In this document: positions 37,143 through 51,485 of the stretch, piece after piece
Numbering within the stretch: position 1 is the stretch's first letter
Layout: the number at the start of each line of letters is the position of its first letter
Source of the DNA: Heptranchias perlo
Taxonomy: Eukaryota
NCBI RefSeq assembly: GCF_035084215.1
Contig: NC_090363.1
Coordinates: 12,400,001 to 12,464,000 of the forward strand
DNA length: 64,000 nucleotides
Direction of reading: 5' to 3'
Translations under genes and position numbers: made by a program
The notes under the pieces: generated by a model
The model's input: only the letters and a program-made list of their open reading frames with translations
What the model was told of the DNA's origin: nothing
Database searches by the model: none

Positions 37143-38232
37143 GTAAGTAATAAATTAATGACGAAAGGTCATCGACCTGAAACGTTAACTCTGCTTTTTT
37201 CTCCACAGATGCTGCCTCACTGAGTATTTTCAGCATTTTCTGTTTTTATTTCAGAGTTCCAGAATCCGCAGTATTCTGCTCTTGCAGTAATAACAAGCAT
37301 TTATTATGTGGACCATTGTTTCAATGCATTGTTGCTTTCACAATGTGCTGTTTGCCTCCATCTCTTTCTTCCTTGGTTGCCCATTTTATGGTAAGTTTAT
37401 TGAACAGAAAGCTCTCACTTTGCCTTACTTCTTATAAAAGGAAAACTATTGTGATATTATATAAGGCTCTCTAAATGCATACATCAAATGCAAGTTCTCC
37501 CCTTTGTTGAACGCCTTACAATCAGCTACATGGAATAACTGTGGCCATCAGATTTATCGTGAGGATCCTTATGCGGAGTGTTAACCAGAGTTTATCTTCC
37601 AAATGTCAACAGGCCGGTTACGCATCTCCAAGATTCAGTATACCTGACTCACTTGAATTCCTTATCTTCTCCCACGCTGCGAATTGATTTTGGGGGCGAT
37701 TTCAACCGAACCCGACTGTCGGGAAACTGACGGGATCGTGTGCATCGCTTGTTTAATACCCCATCCCATTTTATCCACTATTGAACGCAAAGGGTTCTAA
37801 AGCCGGCGTTTCACGCCATACTTGGGTTAAAATTACCCCTTCTATCGCATAATTTGAAGGAAATCAATGGCTATTTTACTGAACTCTCTTCATCACCTGC
37901 TCTGGATGAAAAGGCTTCTCCTCAGTAATGTGCCTCCGAAAAGATCATTGACAAAATTGTGAAACTGTCACAGGAAATCACGTGTGTCAAAGGAGGGGCC
38001 AATTTCCAGCAATTCGTATGCTGCACATATTTGATTCTCGACTGGGATCAGTTCAATCAGCAGATAGTAGCGAGTGAATTTGACACCGTCCTAATCTGGT
38101 TGTCTCAGTGCAGCACCCGGTGAGACTGGGAGGAATCCGTCTCAGTAACAAGCCTCCTTTCTCATAAATACCAAACAGCCAATTGCAAAGGAGTGTGATT
38201 TTATTTCCTGTTTTTTTTTCAATTTCTTTCAG

Positions 38233-39134
38233 CAAACCTGATGTCAGTTGTGATCCTGTCCCGGGGAAAGTGCGGTCTCTCCAAAGGAATCACTCGTTAC
38301 ATGGCGGCCATGGCAGTAGCAGATCTAATGGTTTGCATGTTTAATGTAATATTACGAAATATCTTCAGGTATCATTTTCGAGATTCATGGTTGAGCTACA
38401 CTTACGTGTGCCGTTTTACTGCTTTTATACAAGTATTTAGTAGCCAGCTCTCTGTATGGTTCACAGTTTCATTCACCTTTGACCGCTTCATATCGATTTG
38501 TTGTCAGAAACTAAAATTGAAATATTGCACCGAAAGAACTGCCAGTGTAGTTTTAACGACCATATGTGTGGTCAGCTTTTTGATGAATATGCCTGTTTAT
38601 TTCCGATTTGAGCCATACCATATGGTTGATCATATAGAGTGGGGCTGCCGTACAGTTACAGGGTATTTTTCTTCACCGGCATGGGTAGCTTACAAATGGA
38701 TTAGCACTCTCTCATTCCCAATTCTCCCATTCCCTTTGTTATTGCTGTTAAATTCCCTCACTGCCAGGCACATCTTAGTGGCCAGTAGATCTCGCAGAGT
38801 CCTGAAGAGCCGAAACAATGGGGAGAACCGCAGTGATCCCGAGATGAAGAACCGAAGAACATCCATCATTCTGCTCTTCGCTATCTCGGGGAGTTTTATT
38901 GTGTTGTGGACGCCGATTGCTGTAATAAACATCTGTGTCGGTGTGACGGAGACACTTAGTTTCAAAGGTTCAAACTCACTTTATTTGGCAATCAGAATCA
39001 CACTTCTGTTGATGTATTTGAGCTCCTGCACGAACACGTGCATTTATGCATTGACCCAAAGGAGATTCCGAGAGGAGATGAAGAATATGTTGAAATATCC
39101 GGTTACTTTCGTTTTCAAGTTACTTAATAATTAA
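38233..39134 (+). CDS. GPR139-like GPCR copy 4, exon 2 (spliced 323 aa)
   Basis: TTTCAG acceptor ending at 38232; intact 7TM ORF. Confidence 0.92.
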
Positions 39135-39641
39135 ATTTTATTTACTCGCATTTTCCTGGTATCTAGGTTCGTTGTTGCTACTTGAAGTGTTCGGCTGAGG
39201 CCAGCTATTGCACACAGTGGTTCTCATCCTCCCACAACACCAATTGTCCATTTTCCTACCTCACAAGGTGATGGCAGTTCCGCTCCTGTTCTAAAACTCG
39301 CCATACCGATATGAGAAAACGAATCGCACCGAATTCTCTAAACATATTACTGATAGAATGTTTTGCGGTCTCTAAAAGTTCACAACATTTCACAATGGTT
39401 CATTTTTTGAGATGAAAGGACAGAGAGCGAAGGTCCCCATCAGTTCTTGGCAAATTTCGGAATATTCCCTTTGGCTCCTATGAGTGAAAATACCAGATAC
39501 TCACCGTGAAGAGTCCATCTGGTCTGTACATGTGAGGGCATCAGTGACTCATTGGGGATATTTCTTCTGTATCCAATCCGTCAGGTTATCAGTGTGATCC
39601 CTATGTCTAACAGGTTGGAAGTTATGCTCCAGCGATACAAA

Positions 39642-41749
39642 CATAGAAACATATAGAAACATAGAAAATAGGAGCAGGAGTAGGCATTCGTCACATCAAG
39701 CCTGTTCCGCCATTCATTATAATCATGGCTGACCCTCTATCTCAATGCCATATTCCCGCTCGCTCCCCATACCCCTTGATGCCTTCAGTGTCTAGAAATT
39801 TATCTAGCTCCTTCTTAAATATATTTAGTGAATTGGCCTCTACAGCCTTCTGTGGTAGAGAATTCCACAGATTCACCACACTCTGAGTGAAGAAGCTTCT
39901 CCTCATCTCAGTCCTAAATGGCCTACCCCATATCCTGACACTGTGACTCCTCGTTCTGGATCCCACAGCCAGGGGAAACATCCGCCCTGCATCCGGTCTG
40001 TCTAGCCCTGTCAGAGTTTTACATATTTCAATGAATACTCTCTCATTCTTCTAAACTGGAGTAAATACAGGCCGAGTCGACCCAATCTCTCCTCAAACGA
40101 CAGTGCTGCCATCCCAGGAATCAGCCTGGTGAACCTTCGTTGCACTCCCTCTAAGGCAATTATATCCTTTATTAGATAAGGAGACCAAAACTGCACACAA
40201 TACTCCAGATGTGGTCTCACCAAGCCCTGTATAACTGCAGTAAGACATATTTGCTCCTGTACTCAAATCCTCTTGCAATGAAGGCCAACATACTATTTGC
40301 CTTCCTAACTGCTTGCTGCACCTGCATGTTTGCTTTCAGTGACTGGTGTACAAAGACACCCAGGTCCCTTTGTACATTAACATTTCCCAGTCCATCACCA
40401 TTTAAATAATACTCTGCCTTTCTGTTTTTTCTTCTGAAGTGGATAACTTCACATTTAGCCACATTATACTGCATCTGCCATGTATTTGCCCACTCACTCA
40501 ACTTACCTCAATCGACTTGATGCCTCTTTGATTTGTCCTCACATTTCATGATCCCACCTAATTTTGTGTCGTCAGCAAACTTGGAAATATTACATTTGGT
40601 TCTCTTCTCCAAATCATTGATATATATTGTGAATAGCTGGGGCCCAAGCACTGATCCCTCCCGTAACCCACTAGTCACTGCCTGCCACCACGAAAAAGAC
40701 CCATTTATTCCAACTCTCTGTTTCCTGTCTGTTAACCAATTTTCAATCCACGACAGTATATTACCCCCAATCCAATGTGCTTTCATTTTTCATGTGGGTC
40801 TTTATCAAAGGCTTTCTGAAATTCCAAATAAACCACATCTACTGGTTCTCTCTTACCTATTCTACCAGTTATATCCTCAAAAAACTGCAGTGATTTTGTC
40901 AAACATGATTATCCTTTCAGAAATCCATGTTGACTTTGTCTAATCCCTTTGATATTTTCTAAGTGTCCTGTTATCACATCCTTGATAATAGACTCTAGCA
41001 TTTTTCCTACTACTGATGTTAGGCGACCCGGTCTGTTTTCCCTGTTTTTTCTCTCCCTCAATTTTTAAAATAGTGGGCTTACATTTGCCACCCTCCAATC
41101 TGCAGGAACTGTTCCATAATCGATCGAATTTTGGAAAATGACAACTCATGCATCCACTATTTCCATGGCTACCGCTTTTATTATTCTGGGATGCACATTA
41201 TCAGGCCCTGTGGATTTATCGGCTTTCAGTCCCATTAATTTCTCCAGTACTATTTTTTTACTAATACGAATTTCCTTTAATTCCTCCTTCTCACTACTCC
41301 CTTGGTTCCCTCGCATTTCTGGGAAGTTATTTGTGTCCTTTTCCGTGAAGACAAAACCGAAGTATTTGTTCAATTGCTCTGCAATTTCCTTCTTCCCCAT
41401 TATAAATTCTTCCGTTTCTGACTGTAAGGGACTTACATTTGTCTTCGCTAATCTTCTTCTTTTTACATACTTATTGAAGCTTTTACAGTCCACTTCTATG
41501 TCCCTTGCAAGTTTACTCTCATACTCTATTTTTCCCTTCTTAATTGATCTCTTGATCCTTTTTTGCTGAATTCTAAACTGCTCCCAATCTTCAGGCTTGC
41601 TTCTTTTTCCGGTAACTTTATATGATTCCTCTTTGGATCTAATACTATTCTTAATTTCTTTTGTTAGCCACGGTTAGGCCGCTTTTCCTTTTGTGTTTTC
41701 GTGCCAGAAAGGAATGTATAATTGTTGCAATGCATGCATTGCTTCCTGT
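39642..41749 (-). mobile_element. Paralogous B-type CR1 insertion in unit 4
   Basis: Same junctions as 12512-14611 (GATACAAA / TATACAAA). Confidence 0.92.
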
Positions 41750-43246
41750 TATACAAAGCCCTGGTTAGACCGCACCTGGAGAACTGTGTACAGTTCAAAG
41801 TACCTCAACATGGAAAGGATATTGAACTTGATGGAAGGGCAGCGTTGATTTACTAGAATGATACTTGGACTCCAAGGGTTCAATTGTAAGAGATTACACA
41901 AACTAGGGTACATCATCCCTGGAATGTGGAAGATTAAGGGGTGATTTGCTCGAAGTTTTCAAGATATTAAAGGGAACTGATAGGGTAGATCGAGAGAAAG
42001 TATTTACGCTGGTTGAGGACTCTAGGACTAGGGGACATAGCCGAAAAATTAGAGCCGGCATCTTGAGGAGTGAAGTTAGGAAACGCTTCCACACGCAAAG
42101 GATGGTAGAAGTTTGGAACTCCCTTCGGCAAACGGCAGTTGATGCTAACTCAATTGTTAACTGTTAATCTGAGATTGATAGATTTTTGTTAACTAAAGGT
42201 GTCAAGCGATTTGGGGCGAAGGCGGGTATATTGGGTTAGATCAGAGATCAGCCATGAATTCATTAAATGGCAGAACAGGCTCGAGGGGTTAAATGGCCTA
42301 CTCATGTGCCTATGATCCAATGTTCCAATGATATCAGAACCATAACAATATGGTATGTAATTCTGCAACAAGTAAGGGACAGAAATTGTGTTTCTTTGTG
42401 ACAAGGTCCACACAGCTCTCCTGACGGGAGATTGATAGACACAGGAAGTCACATCGTTGGGTGTGCGAGGTTATATAACAATTGGACCATATTGTAAAAT
42501 AGCAGAATTTTTTTTAAAATTTATTCTCAGAATGTGTACATCCCTGGCTAGGCCGTGAGAAGGTGATGACGGACCTTCTTCCTTGAATCATCTTTATTGG
42601 TATGATACAAATGTGTGGCTTGCATGTCCATTATGAGGGTAGATAAGAGTCAACCAAGTAACAATAGGCCAGAATCTATGACAGTTTTCCTTCCCTAAAG
42701 GACATCATTGAACCGATTCGGTTTTTAAAACTATCAGATTGCCTTATGATCACTTTTACTGGCTTTTTTCCAGATGTCCAGGGAAACAGAATTAAAATTC
42801 TCATAAAGCGGTGGTGCAATTTGAACTCAAGGTCTCCGAATTACTAGCCCAGGAATATAACCGCTTCATTGTCGTAACCGTTATATCATTATAATGCACT
42901 GTCAAGCTTGCCCAATTCATAAATCTGTGCCTTGTTTGTTAAAGATCTGCTCCAATTAGAAGATTATGATTTGATTTTTGGCTTTAGGAGCTCAACTATT
43001 CGCTTCAATGCTCAAGGACTGAGAACATGTAGAAGTTGGGCGGGGTCCATTCTCCTGGTCAAATTTAAACGACCTCTCTGCGAAAGTATGCCTGTCTGGA
43101 GGCTGGGAGCAGCTCAGCTTGAGTTAAACCTAGAGTACATCACATGTGGAGAATCACAATGCATCCTGACAAGCAGTGGAAGATCACACGCTCTGGACCA
43201 TGTGTCATACTTCGCAGAAAACCACCGCCTATGTTTGCACGTGAAA

Positions 43247-43727
43247 TCCCTTACTTTGTGCAGAAATACATCGCATATTTTATTGCTTCTGATACCCTTG
43301 CACACGGTGACCAAAGGTATTCTTGATCAGTTCCTGCTGTCCTCTCACATGCAAACCAGTAGTAACCACCCTGTGCTGTAGCTGATATTTTCAGTCATAT
43401 GGACCAACAGCAACCTTTCCGTTCTGCAGATTATACAGTCACTCATAGGGACCAGATGGAATCTTCCAGTTATGTACCTGATATCTTCACTCATAGGGAC
43501 CAAAGGAAATTTTCCCATTGTGCAGATGATACGTTTACTCATAGGGATCAAAGGGAATCTTCCTATTCTGTATCTGATATTTTCGCTCATAGCGACCTGA
43601 TGGCTTCCTCACATTTTGTATCTGACATCTTGACTCGTAGGGAAAATAGGAATCTTCTACCCTTTGTCAAGCACTGATGGGAATCTTCCCCTGCTGCGTT
43701 TTCATCTCAAAAATGAACAATTGTGAA
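43247..43727. repeat. Right arm / 48-bp minisatellite, unit 4
   Basis: Paralogue of 16136-16616. Confidence 0.85.
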
Positions 43728-46700
43728 CAATATTAAGGATTAAGTTGTGCATGTGATCGTCTAACATTCATCAGATTCAAACATCTGGATGAAAGTGTCC
43801 AATATGTCACTTGTACGTCAATGTTTTCTCCCAGTCTACATATATTGTAAATTTATCTTCAGAATTGATCGCAACTGGGGCAATTCAAAAATCGAATTCA
43901 TTGTCCGCATGCCTGATTGATTACTTGTTCGTTCTGCTGAGCAGATCTGAATCCACATTGCAATGAATTTACCTGATTTTAAAATATTTTAGTTTGCCAA
44001 ATCTACAGAAATACTTTTCCATGCAATTCGATTTGACATAACTGTCCTGCTTGACGTGTCGAAGGCCATTTTATCAGGACAGAAGCAATCTTCCAAGGGG
44101 CTGATGTGCAAATGATGTCATTCAGATGATGATACACTTAGGCAAGAAACGTTGGTGGATTAAAAGAGAAAAGTTGATTAAATCTGCCTGCTATCAACAA
44201 AATGGTGGATAGGATTGCATGATGAATGATAAAAATAGTTATTTTGGGAAAGGAATGGAGTGACGCAGAGAACAGATTGTGCAAAGATCTTCAGTTGACA
44301 ATAAAAGAATCAGGCGATGGGTCATGAACAACTGCGCAAGTAGAGGGTCATATGCGGATGTTTTTAAGCAATAAGCCAATCTTTCATTCAAAATCTTATG
44401 ATATTAGCTTGTTTATTTGTTCAAATGTCAATCCCTGTCAATGGCGTTGACTATCAGCAAACTAAATTACCAAAATACTCACCAGTAGGAATCTGATGGA
44501 GTATCGATATAGATCGAGGACATCGGTATAACTGCCTCACTGAACTCCATATTGGTGATCAGAGATTTGAATAGATCTTTCGTGTCGATGAAGTAATTAA
44601 GATTTGAAAATTACGTCCTTAATTTTGGAAAACACAGGGTTAAGTGCTTAACCTTGGCCTTTAGTTAGAATGACAGAGCTATCGACGTTCTTTGGGATAG
44701 AACGTTGACAAACAGCTATTTAAGTAAAAAGGATATGAGGAATGAATGCAACCGACAGTGTGTAAACAGAACAACACGTGGCTGAGATCAGACACATGCA
44801 TCTGGAGAACCAAAGGAAGAATTCGACCAGAATTAGATTTTTTTGGAGTCAATGAAAGGCAGGATCCAACAAACAGTTTATTATAATCTTGACAACATTA
44901 CATAAAGTGGCCCTGAGATTGCCTTGAAGACATTTTAGTGAAGTTTCACAACATGGTTGGTATTTTGATATATTCCAAATTGGCTTTCAGTAGCTTAACG
45001 CACATTAAAACATGTGCATGAGACAGGAAATCAACGTCGGAACAGGAATATGTCATTCAGTCCCTCGAGCCTTCTCCGCTGTTCAATGAGATCATGACTT
45101 ATCTGTATCCTAATTTCATCCTCCCGCCTTGGCTCCATATCCTCAAATAACCTTGGCAAGAAAAACTGTCAACGATCTCAGATTTAAAGTTATTAATTGA
45201 AGTAGCATCTATTGCATTTTGTGGGAGAGAGTTCCACATTGAGAATCTATGTGTGAAGAAAGATTTCCCAACTTCTCTCCTGAATGGCCTTGCTCTGAAT
45301 TTAATGTTATGGCCCTTTGTCCTCGACTCCACAATCAGCACAAAAAAATTCTCTCCATCTACCCTATGAATTCCTTTCAAAATCCTTAAAACGGCAATCA
45401 AATCACCAGATAACCTTTTTTTATTTGAGGGACTACAAGCCTGGTTTGTGTATTCTCACCTTATAATCTAATCCTTGGATCCCTGGTAACATTCACGTGA
45501 ATTTGCGCTGCACTCCTTCCAAGGACAATATATCCTTTCTGAGGCGCAGTGCACATTACTATACACAGTAGTCCAGATGTAGACTAACCAGGGCTTTGTA
45601 TAACTGTAGCAAACCTTCCTCTTCTTTATATTCTAGCCCTCTACTTCTAATGCCTAACATTCCATTAGACTTTTTTATTTTTTTTGTTCCTGACGACTAC
45701 ATTTTAGTGATCTGTGTAGATGGAACACAAAATCTCCTTGGACCTCCACCGTTCCTAACTTTTCACCATTTAAAAATACTGGGATCAATCCCTTTTTGGT
45801 CCAAAATGGATGACCTCACACTTGCCTGAATTGAAATTTCAATAACTTCCCCACAACAAATGTTGGATTATTAGATTTTAAATTTCATGGTATTTCTCTC
45901 TCAATTTTCTTCAATAATGGAGTTACATTTGCAGTATTCCAATCTAAAGGGACAATTCCAGAATCGGGAGAGCTGTGAATATTATGGCGAAAGCATCGGC
46001 AATTTCATCACCTACTTTCTTTAAAATACTGGGTGTAAAGTATAAGGCCTGGGGATTTGTCATTCTATACGGCCATCATTATTTCTAATTTAGTTTTCTT
46101 GCTTACATTATCGTCAGTGAGTTCCAGTCCTTGATTCATTAGTAGTTTCCCTGGAATGTCAGGTATATTATCCTATTCCTCTACTGTGAGGACTAACACA
46201 AAGGAATTATTCATCACGTCAGCCATTTCCTTATTTTCATTAGCAATATTACCCTTTTTTTCTTACATAATGATAAACACATATATAAAGCCCCTGCTAT
46301 CTTTACAGAGGCAGGAGTTGGGGTTGTTCAATGGAGATGGAGGGTTTGCTCAATTCAATAAGGTCAGAATTCGATTGTGTCCCTCACATCTGCACTGTTC
46401 CCAGTAAACATCCTGAGGCAATGAAATGGGTAACCGAGTCTGAGAAATTTCAAAGTGACGAAACACACAAAGGAAGAGTAGATGGGAGAATATGCAAAAC
46501 CTGAGGCCGAGAACAGAGCACAAGGAAGCTGTTAGTATCAAATAAAGTTTTGCATCTGTTGTATATTTGGAACAGATGCTGTTTAACTTTAATTCTTTAA
46601 TGTCGTCGCTGGACAGCGAGTGCTTTGCCTGGGGAGGCTGGGGTACTTGGGCACAAGGGGTGTAGGAGATAGGCTGCGAGGTGTCCCTGGGTTGCTTGTG

Positions 46701-49300
46701 CCACAGAGGAGAGGAAGACGGTATTCAGGGAGCCCTGGGGTGCTTGGACCATAGGGGGAAGGGGAAACAAGCTGCACGGGTCCTTGGATTATATTATGTG
46801 AACAGTGACACCGATACACACATACATTGAACAGTCAGTAACACATGTCCAGTGTATGTGCTGACCCATTTGTGACACACTTTTAATATCAAATCAAAAA
46901 TTCCTCGGTATGACAGAGACTTTCCGTCAATCATTCCCTTTTACTCACGATGTAAGTAAATGTACAGGAGCTGACACTGAGACACACATGTGACATTAAA
47001 GTATCAGACGGAAGTGATTCGTTCCCTTAAACCCGTTGTGTACTGTACATGTACTGGAGTTGAAACTGAGACACACATGGACCATACAGTACCAGACGGG
47101 AGTGAATCGTTCCCTTGTACCCGCTGTGCGCTGTACACGTAGAGGAGCTGACACTGAGACACACACGAGCCATACAGTCCCATACGGGAGTGAATCATTC
47201 CCATTTACTGTGTATGGTATTACGTAGAGTTACATTGAATTTACAGCACAGAAACAGGCCATTCGGCCCAACTGGTCTGTGCTCGTTTTTATACTCCACA
47301 CAAGCCTCGTTCCACTTTTTTTCGACCGACCCTATCAGCACGTCCTCTATCACTTTCTCCGACATGTACTTTCATGCTTCCCCTTAACTACATTTCTACT
47401 ACTCGCCTGAACTGTTTTTGTAACATGGAGACTGAAGCTGTACTCAGTACTCTTAGTGTGGTCCAACCAACATTCTCTATAGGGTTAATATAACTTCTCT
47501 GCTTTTCAATTCTATTCATTTAGAAATGAACCCCTGTGCTTTGTTTGCATTTTTATGGCCTTGTATGGAGGATGATGGTGTTCTCAACCGTGTCAAAGTC
47601 TGAGGTCAGGTCGAGCAGGATGAGGAGGGATAGTTCACCACGGTCACAGTTACTTAGGATGTCATTTGTGACTTTGATAAGGGCCATTTCAGTGCTGTGG
47701 CAGAGGCGGAAACCTGATTGGAAGGATTCAAACATGGAGCTTCGGGAAGGATCGGCACATATTTGGGAGGCAACAACTTCAGGGACCTTGGAGTGGAAAT
47801 GCAGGTTGGAGATGGTTGTTTCTTTCGACAGGTAGGCCAAGGTTGTTTGTTTGAGGAGGGGGGTGATGGCGGCAGATTTAAAGGAGAGTGGGTCAGTAAA
47901 ATAGCCATTGATTTGCTTCAAATTCTGACACAAAAGAATCAGAGTTCACAGCGTGAGAGAAGTATAGAAATACACGTGAACCATAAATACAAAATCTTGG
48001 AGATGTGCCACAGGCCTGTTAACAACTGGAAGATAAACTCAGGTTAAAACTCTGCATGAGGATCCTCACATTAGACCTGGTGGCCACAGTTATTCCAGGA
48101 AATGGGACAGGGAAACCTCAACAATATCAGCTAACATGGGGGCTCGGAAGAGAAGTTGGGTAGTCAGCAGTTTGGTGGGAATAGGTTTGACGCAGCAGGA
48201 AGTGGGTTTCATGGTCAAGATAAGCTCGGAGACGGCATGAGGGGAGTTAGGAGAGAAACTGGAGAAAGATGGAAGTTCAAGGCTAGGGCAGGGAGGAACT
48301 TTGCAGTAAGTATGGCTTGGTGGGCTTAGGGAAGGGAGGGAAGCAGCAGATGCAGCTGAACCGATGGTCTCAATCTTAGAAATAGAGTACTGTTGCTGGA
48401 GTTGAGGGTGGAGGAGGCAGATGAATGAGGTTTAAAAATACCGTTTGCAGTGGAGAAGAGAAGCCGCGGGTTATGTTTGCATTCCAGGATGATCCTGGAA
48501 GAGTGAGCAGTTTTGATAGAGGAGAACAGGACCCGATAAAGCTTTGTGTGCTCCATCCAGGACTGGCAATGAATTGCTCAACCAATTGTCCACCATAAAT
48601 ATTCAAATCTGGATCCGATCGACTTAAGGGAGTGGAGATGGGGGCTGTACCAGGGGCAAGGACCAGGGTGATAGAGAGTAAATGTTTTAATGGGGGCAAG
48701 GGCATCAAATTTGGAGGTGCGTTTGTGATTAAGCAGATCGGTAGCCATTAGGTAAAGTGAAGATATTTTATATTGATCAAAATAACCATTCAGGGTACGA
48801 CTATGGCCAACGGTCACTCAATCACCGACCATGTTGTGCTGGTGAAATTGTGTTAATCGCCCTGGCATCTGATTGAAAGGTGCTGCCGCGTGATAACCCA
48901 TTTTATATTCCACTCCCAGCTTCGATATTTTATGTCATGAAGTCAATACGATTTACTCTATCACTCTATCACTCTCACAGCTTTTCGATATCATTTACAT
49001 TTCAATTGTTAAATGCTAACGGACGGGTTCACCTTTTATTCCCCTTCTTCTCCATTTAACTTTTAATTTTGATGACTGAAGCAACGAAGCCTTCGCAGAA
49101 TGAATTAAAGCATCGTGTTCGCAAGGGCAGAATGAAGCGGTCAGGATGATGTAATGAGGTAACAGGTTCAGAGCGGGTCATTAATTATCCTGAGAATGCC
49201 CAGTGGAGCCTCGATTTTCTCATTGCCTCACGAAGTGATCGTTTGGAAAATAAATGTGTTCTAATGTGTTTATTCCAGCGCGCGTGGCTGATACCGGGTT

Positions 49301-49346
49301 TTATGTAAAACCACTGTCTCCCTGTGGGACTGACTGGTGTATAAAA
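49301..49346 (+). promoter_or_regulatory. Core promoter of copy 5
   Basis: TTATGTAA at 49301, TCCCTGTGGGA, TATAAAA at 49340-49346. Confidence 0.65.
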
Positions 49347-49422
49347 CACCTCCTGTTTCAATGCATTGTCTTTGTGTCCAAACCAGACCCTTGCATCCAC
49401 GATTGTCTCGCTCAGGCAGGAA

Positions 49423-49492
49423 ATGGGAGGATCAGCAATTTTCTACGAATCAGTCATTTGCTATCCAATTCTTGCAATTATTGGTCTTCCCA
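49423..49492 (+). CDS. GPR139-like GPCR copy 5, exon 1 (MGGSAIFYESVICYPILAIIGLP)
   Basis: ATG at 49423, 70 nt, GTAAGT donor at 49493. Confidence 0.88.
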
Positions 49493-50589
49493 GTAAGTAA
49501 TAAATTAATGACGAAAGGTCATAGACCTGACACGTTAACTCTGCTTCTTTCTCCACAGATTCTGCGTCACTGAGTATTTTCGGCATTTTCTGATATTTTT
49601 CAGATTTCCAGGATCCGCAGCATTTTGCTTTTGAAGTAATAACAAGTATTTATTATTTGGACCATTGTTTAAATGCATTGTTGCTTTTAATACATGCTGT
49701 TTGCCTCCACATCTTTGTTCCTTGGTTGCCCATTTTATGGTAAGTTTAATGAATATAAATCTCTCACTTATTTACTTCAAAATGACAACTTTTGTGATAT
49801 TATATCAGGCTCTCTAAACGTATACATCAAATGCAAGCTCTCCCCTTTGTTAAACGACTTGCAATCAGCAACCTGGAATGACTGTGGCCATCAGATCAAA
49901 CGTGAAGGTTCTCATGCGGAGTTTTAAAATGAGTTTCTCTTCCACATGTTAACAGGCCTGGTGTGCATCTCCGAGATGCTGTATTTCTGATTCACGAGCA
50001 TTCCTAAACTTTTGTCACGCAGTGAATTGACTTTGGGGGGAAATTTAACCCAACCCGACCGTCGGGAAACTGACATCGTCGGGTCTTACGCTGGTTTTAT
50101 ACCCCACCAGATTTTACCCTCCATTGACGTTAATGGGGTGTAAAACCGGCGTTTCACCGGATCCGTGGGTTAAAATTACCCGTTTTTTGTCAGAATTTGA
50201 AGTAAATCAATGGCTATTTTACTGAACTCTGTTCATTACCATCACAGGAGGACGCGGCTTCTCATCAGTAATGTGTCTCTCATAAGATCATTGACAAACT
50301 CTTGAAACTGTCACATTAAATCACGTGTGTCAAAGGAGGGGCCAATTTCGTTATTGGCACATACTTTATTCTCCAATGAGGTCAATTAAATCAGCAGAGT
50401 AGTGAGTGAACTTGGCATCGTCCAGATCTGGTTGTCTCAGGAACACACCCAGTGAGACTGGGAGGAATCCGATTCAGCAACAAGCCTCCTGTCTCACAGT
50501 TACGAAACATTCAATTCCAAAGCAGTGTGATTTTACATCGCTAATCTATTTCTTCGTTAATTCTCCTGTTTTCTTCCAATTTCTTACAG

Positions 50590-51485
50590 CGAACCTGATG
50601 TCAGTTGTGATCCTGTCCCGGGGAAAGTGCGGTCTCTCCAAAGGCATCACTCGTTACATGGCGGCCATGGCAGTAGCAGATCTAATGGTTTGCATGTTTA
50701 ATGTAATTTTGCAAAACATATTTAGGTATCATTTTCTAGATTCATGGTTGAGCTACACTTACGTGTGTCGTTTTACTGCTTTTGTACAAGTATTTAGTAT
50801 TCAACTCTCTGTCTGGTTCACAGTATCATTCACGTTTGACCGCTTCATATCGATTTGTTGTCAGAAACTAAAATTGAAATATTGCACCGAAAGAACTGCC
50901 TCTGTAGTTTTAACGATTGTGTGTATACTCAGCTTTTTGATGATTATTCCTGTTTATTTCCGTTATGAACCCTCCTCTATTATTGACGAAATGCCGTGGG
51001 GCTGCCGTACAGTAACAGGATATTATTCTTCATCCGCATGGGTCGCTTACACATGGATCAAAACTCTCTCAACCCCAATTCTCCCATTCCCTTTGTTATT
51101 GCTGTTAAATTCTCTCACTGCCAGGCACATCTTAGTGGCCAGTAGATCTCGCAGAGCCCTGAGGAGCCGAAACAATGGGGAGAACGGCAGTGATCCCGAG
51201 ATGAAGAACCGAAGAACATCCATCATTCTGCTCTTCGCTATCTCGGGGAGTTTTATTGTGTTGTGGACGCCGATTACTGTAATAAACATCTGTGTCGGTG
51301 TGACGGAGACACTTAGTTTCAAAGGTTCAAACTCACTTTATTTGGCAATTAGAATCGCACTTCTGCTGATGTATTTGAGCTCCTGCACGAACACGTGTAT
51401 TTATGCATTGACCCAGAGGAGATTCCGTGAGGAGATGAAGAATATTGTGAAATATCCATTTACTTTCATTGAGTTATTTAAATAA
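50590..51485 (+). CDS. GPR139-like GPCR copy 5, exon 2 (spliced 321 aa)
   Basis: TTACAG acceptor ending at 50589; intact 7TM ORF. The ORF-track N-terminus (50406-50589) is intronic. Confidence 0.92.
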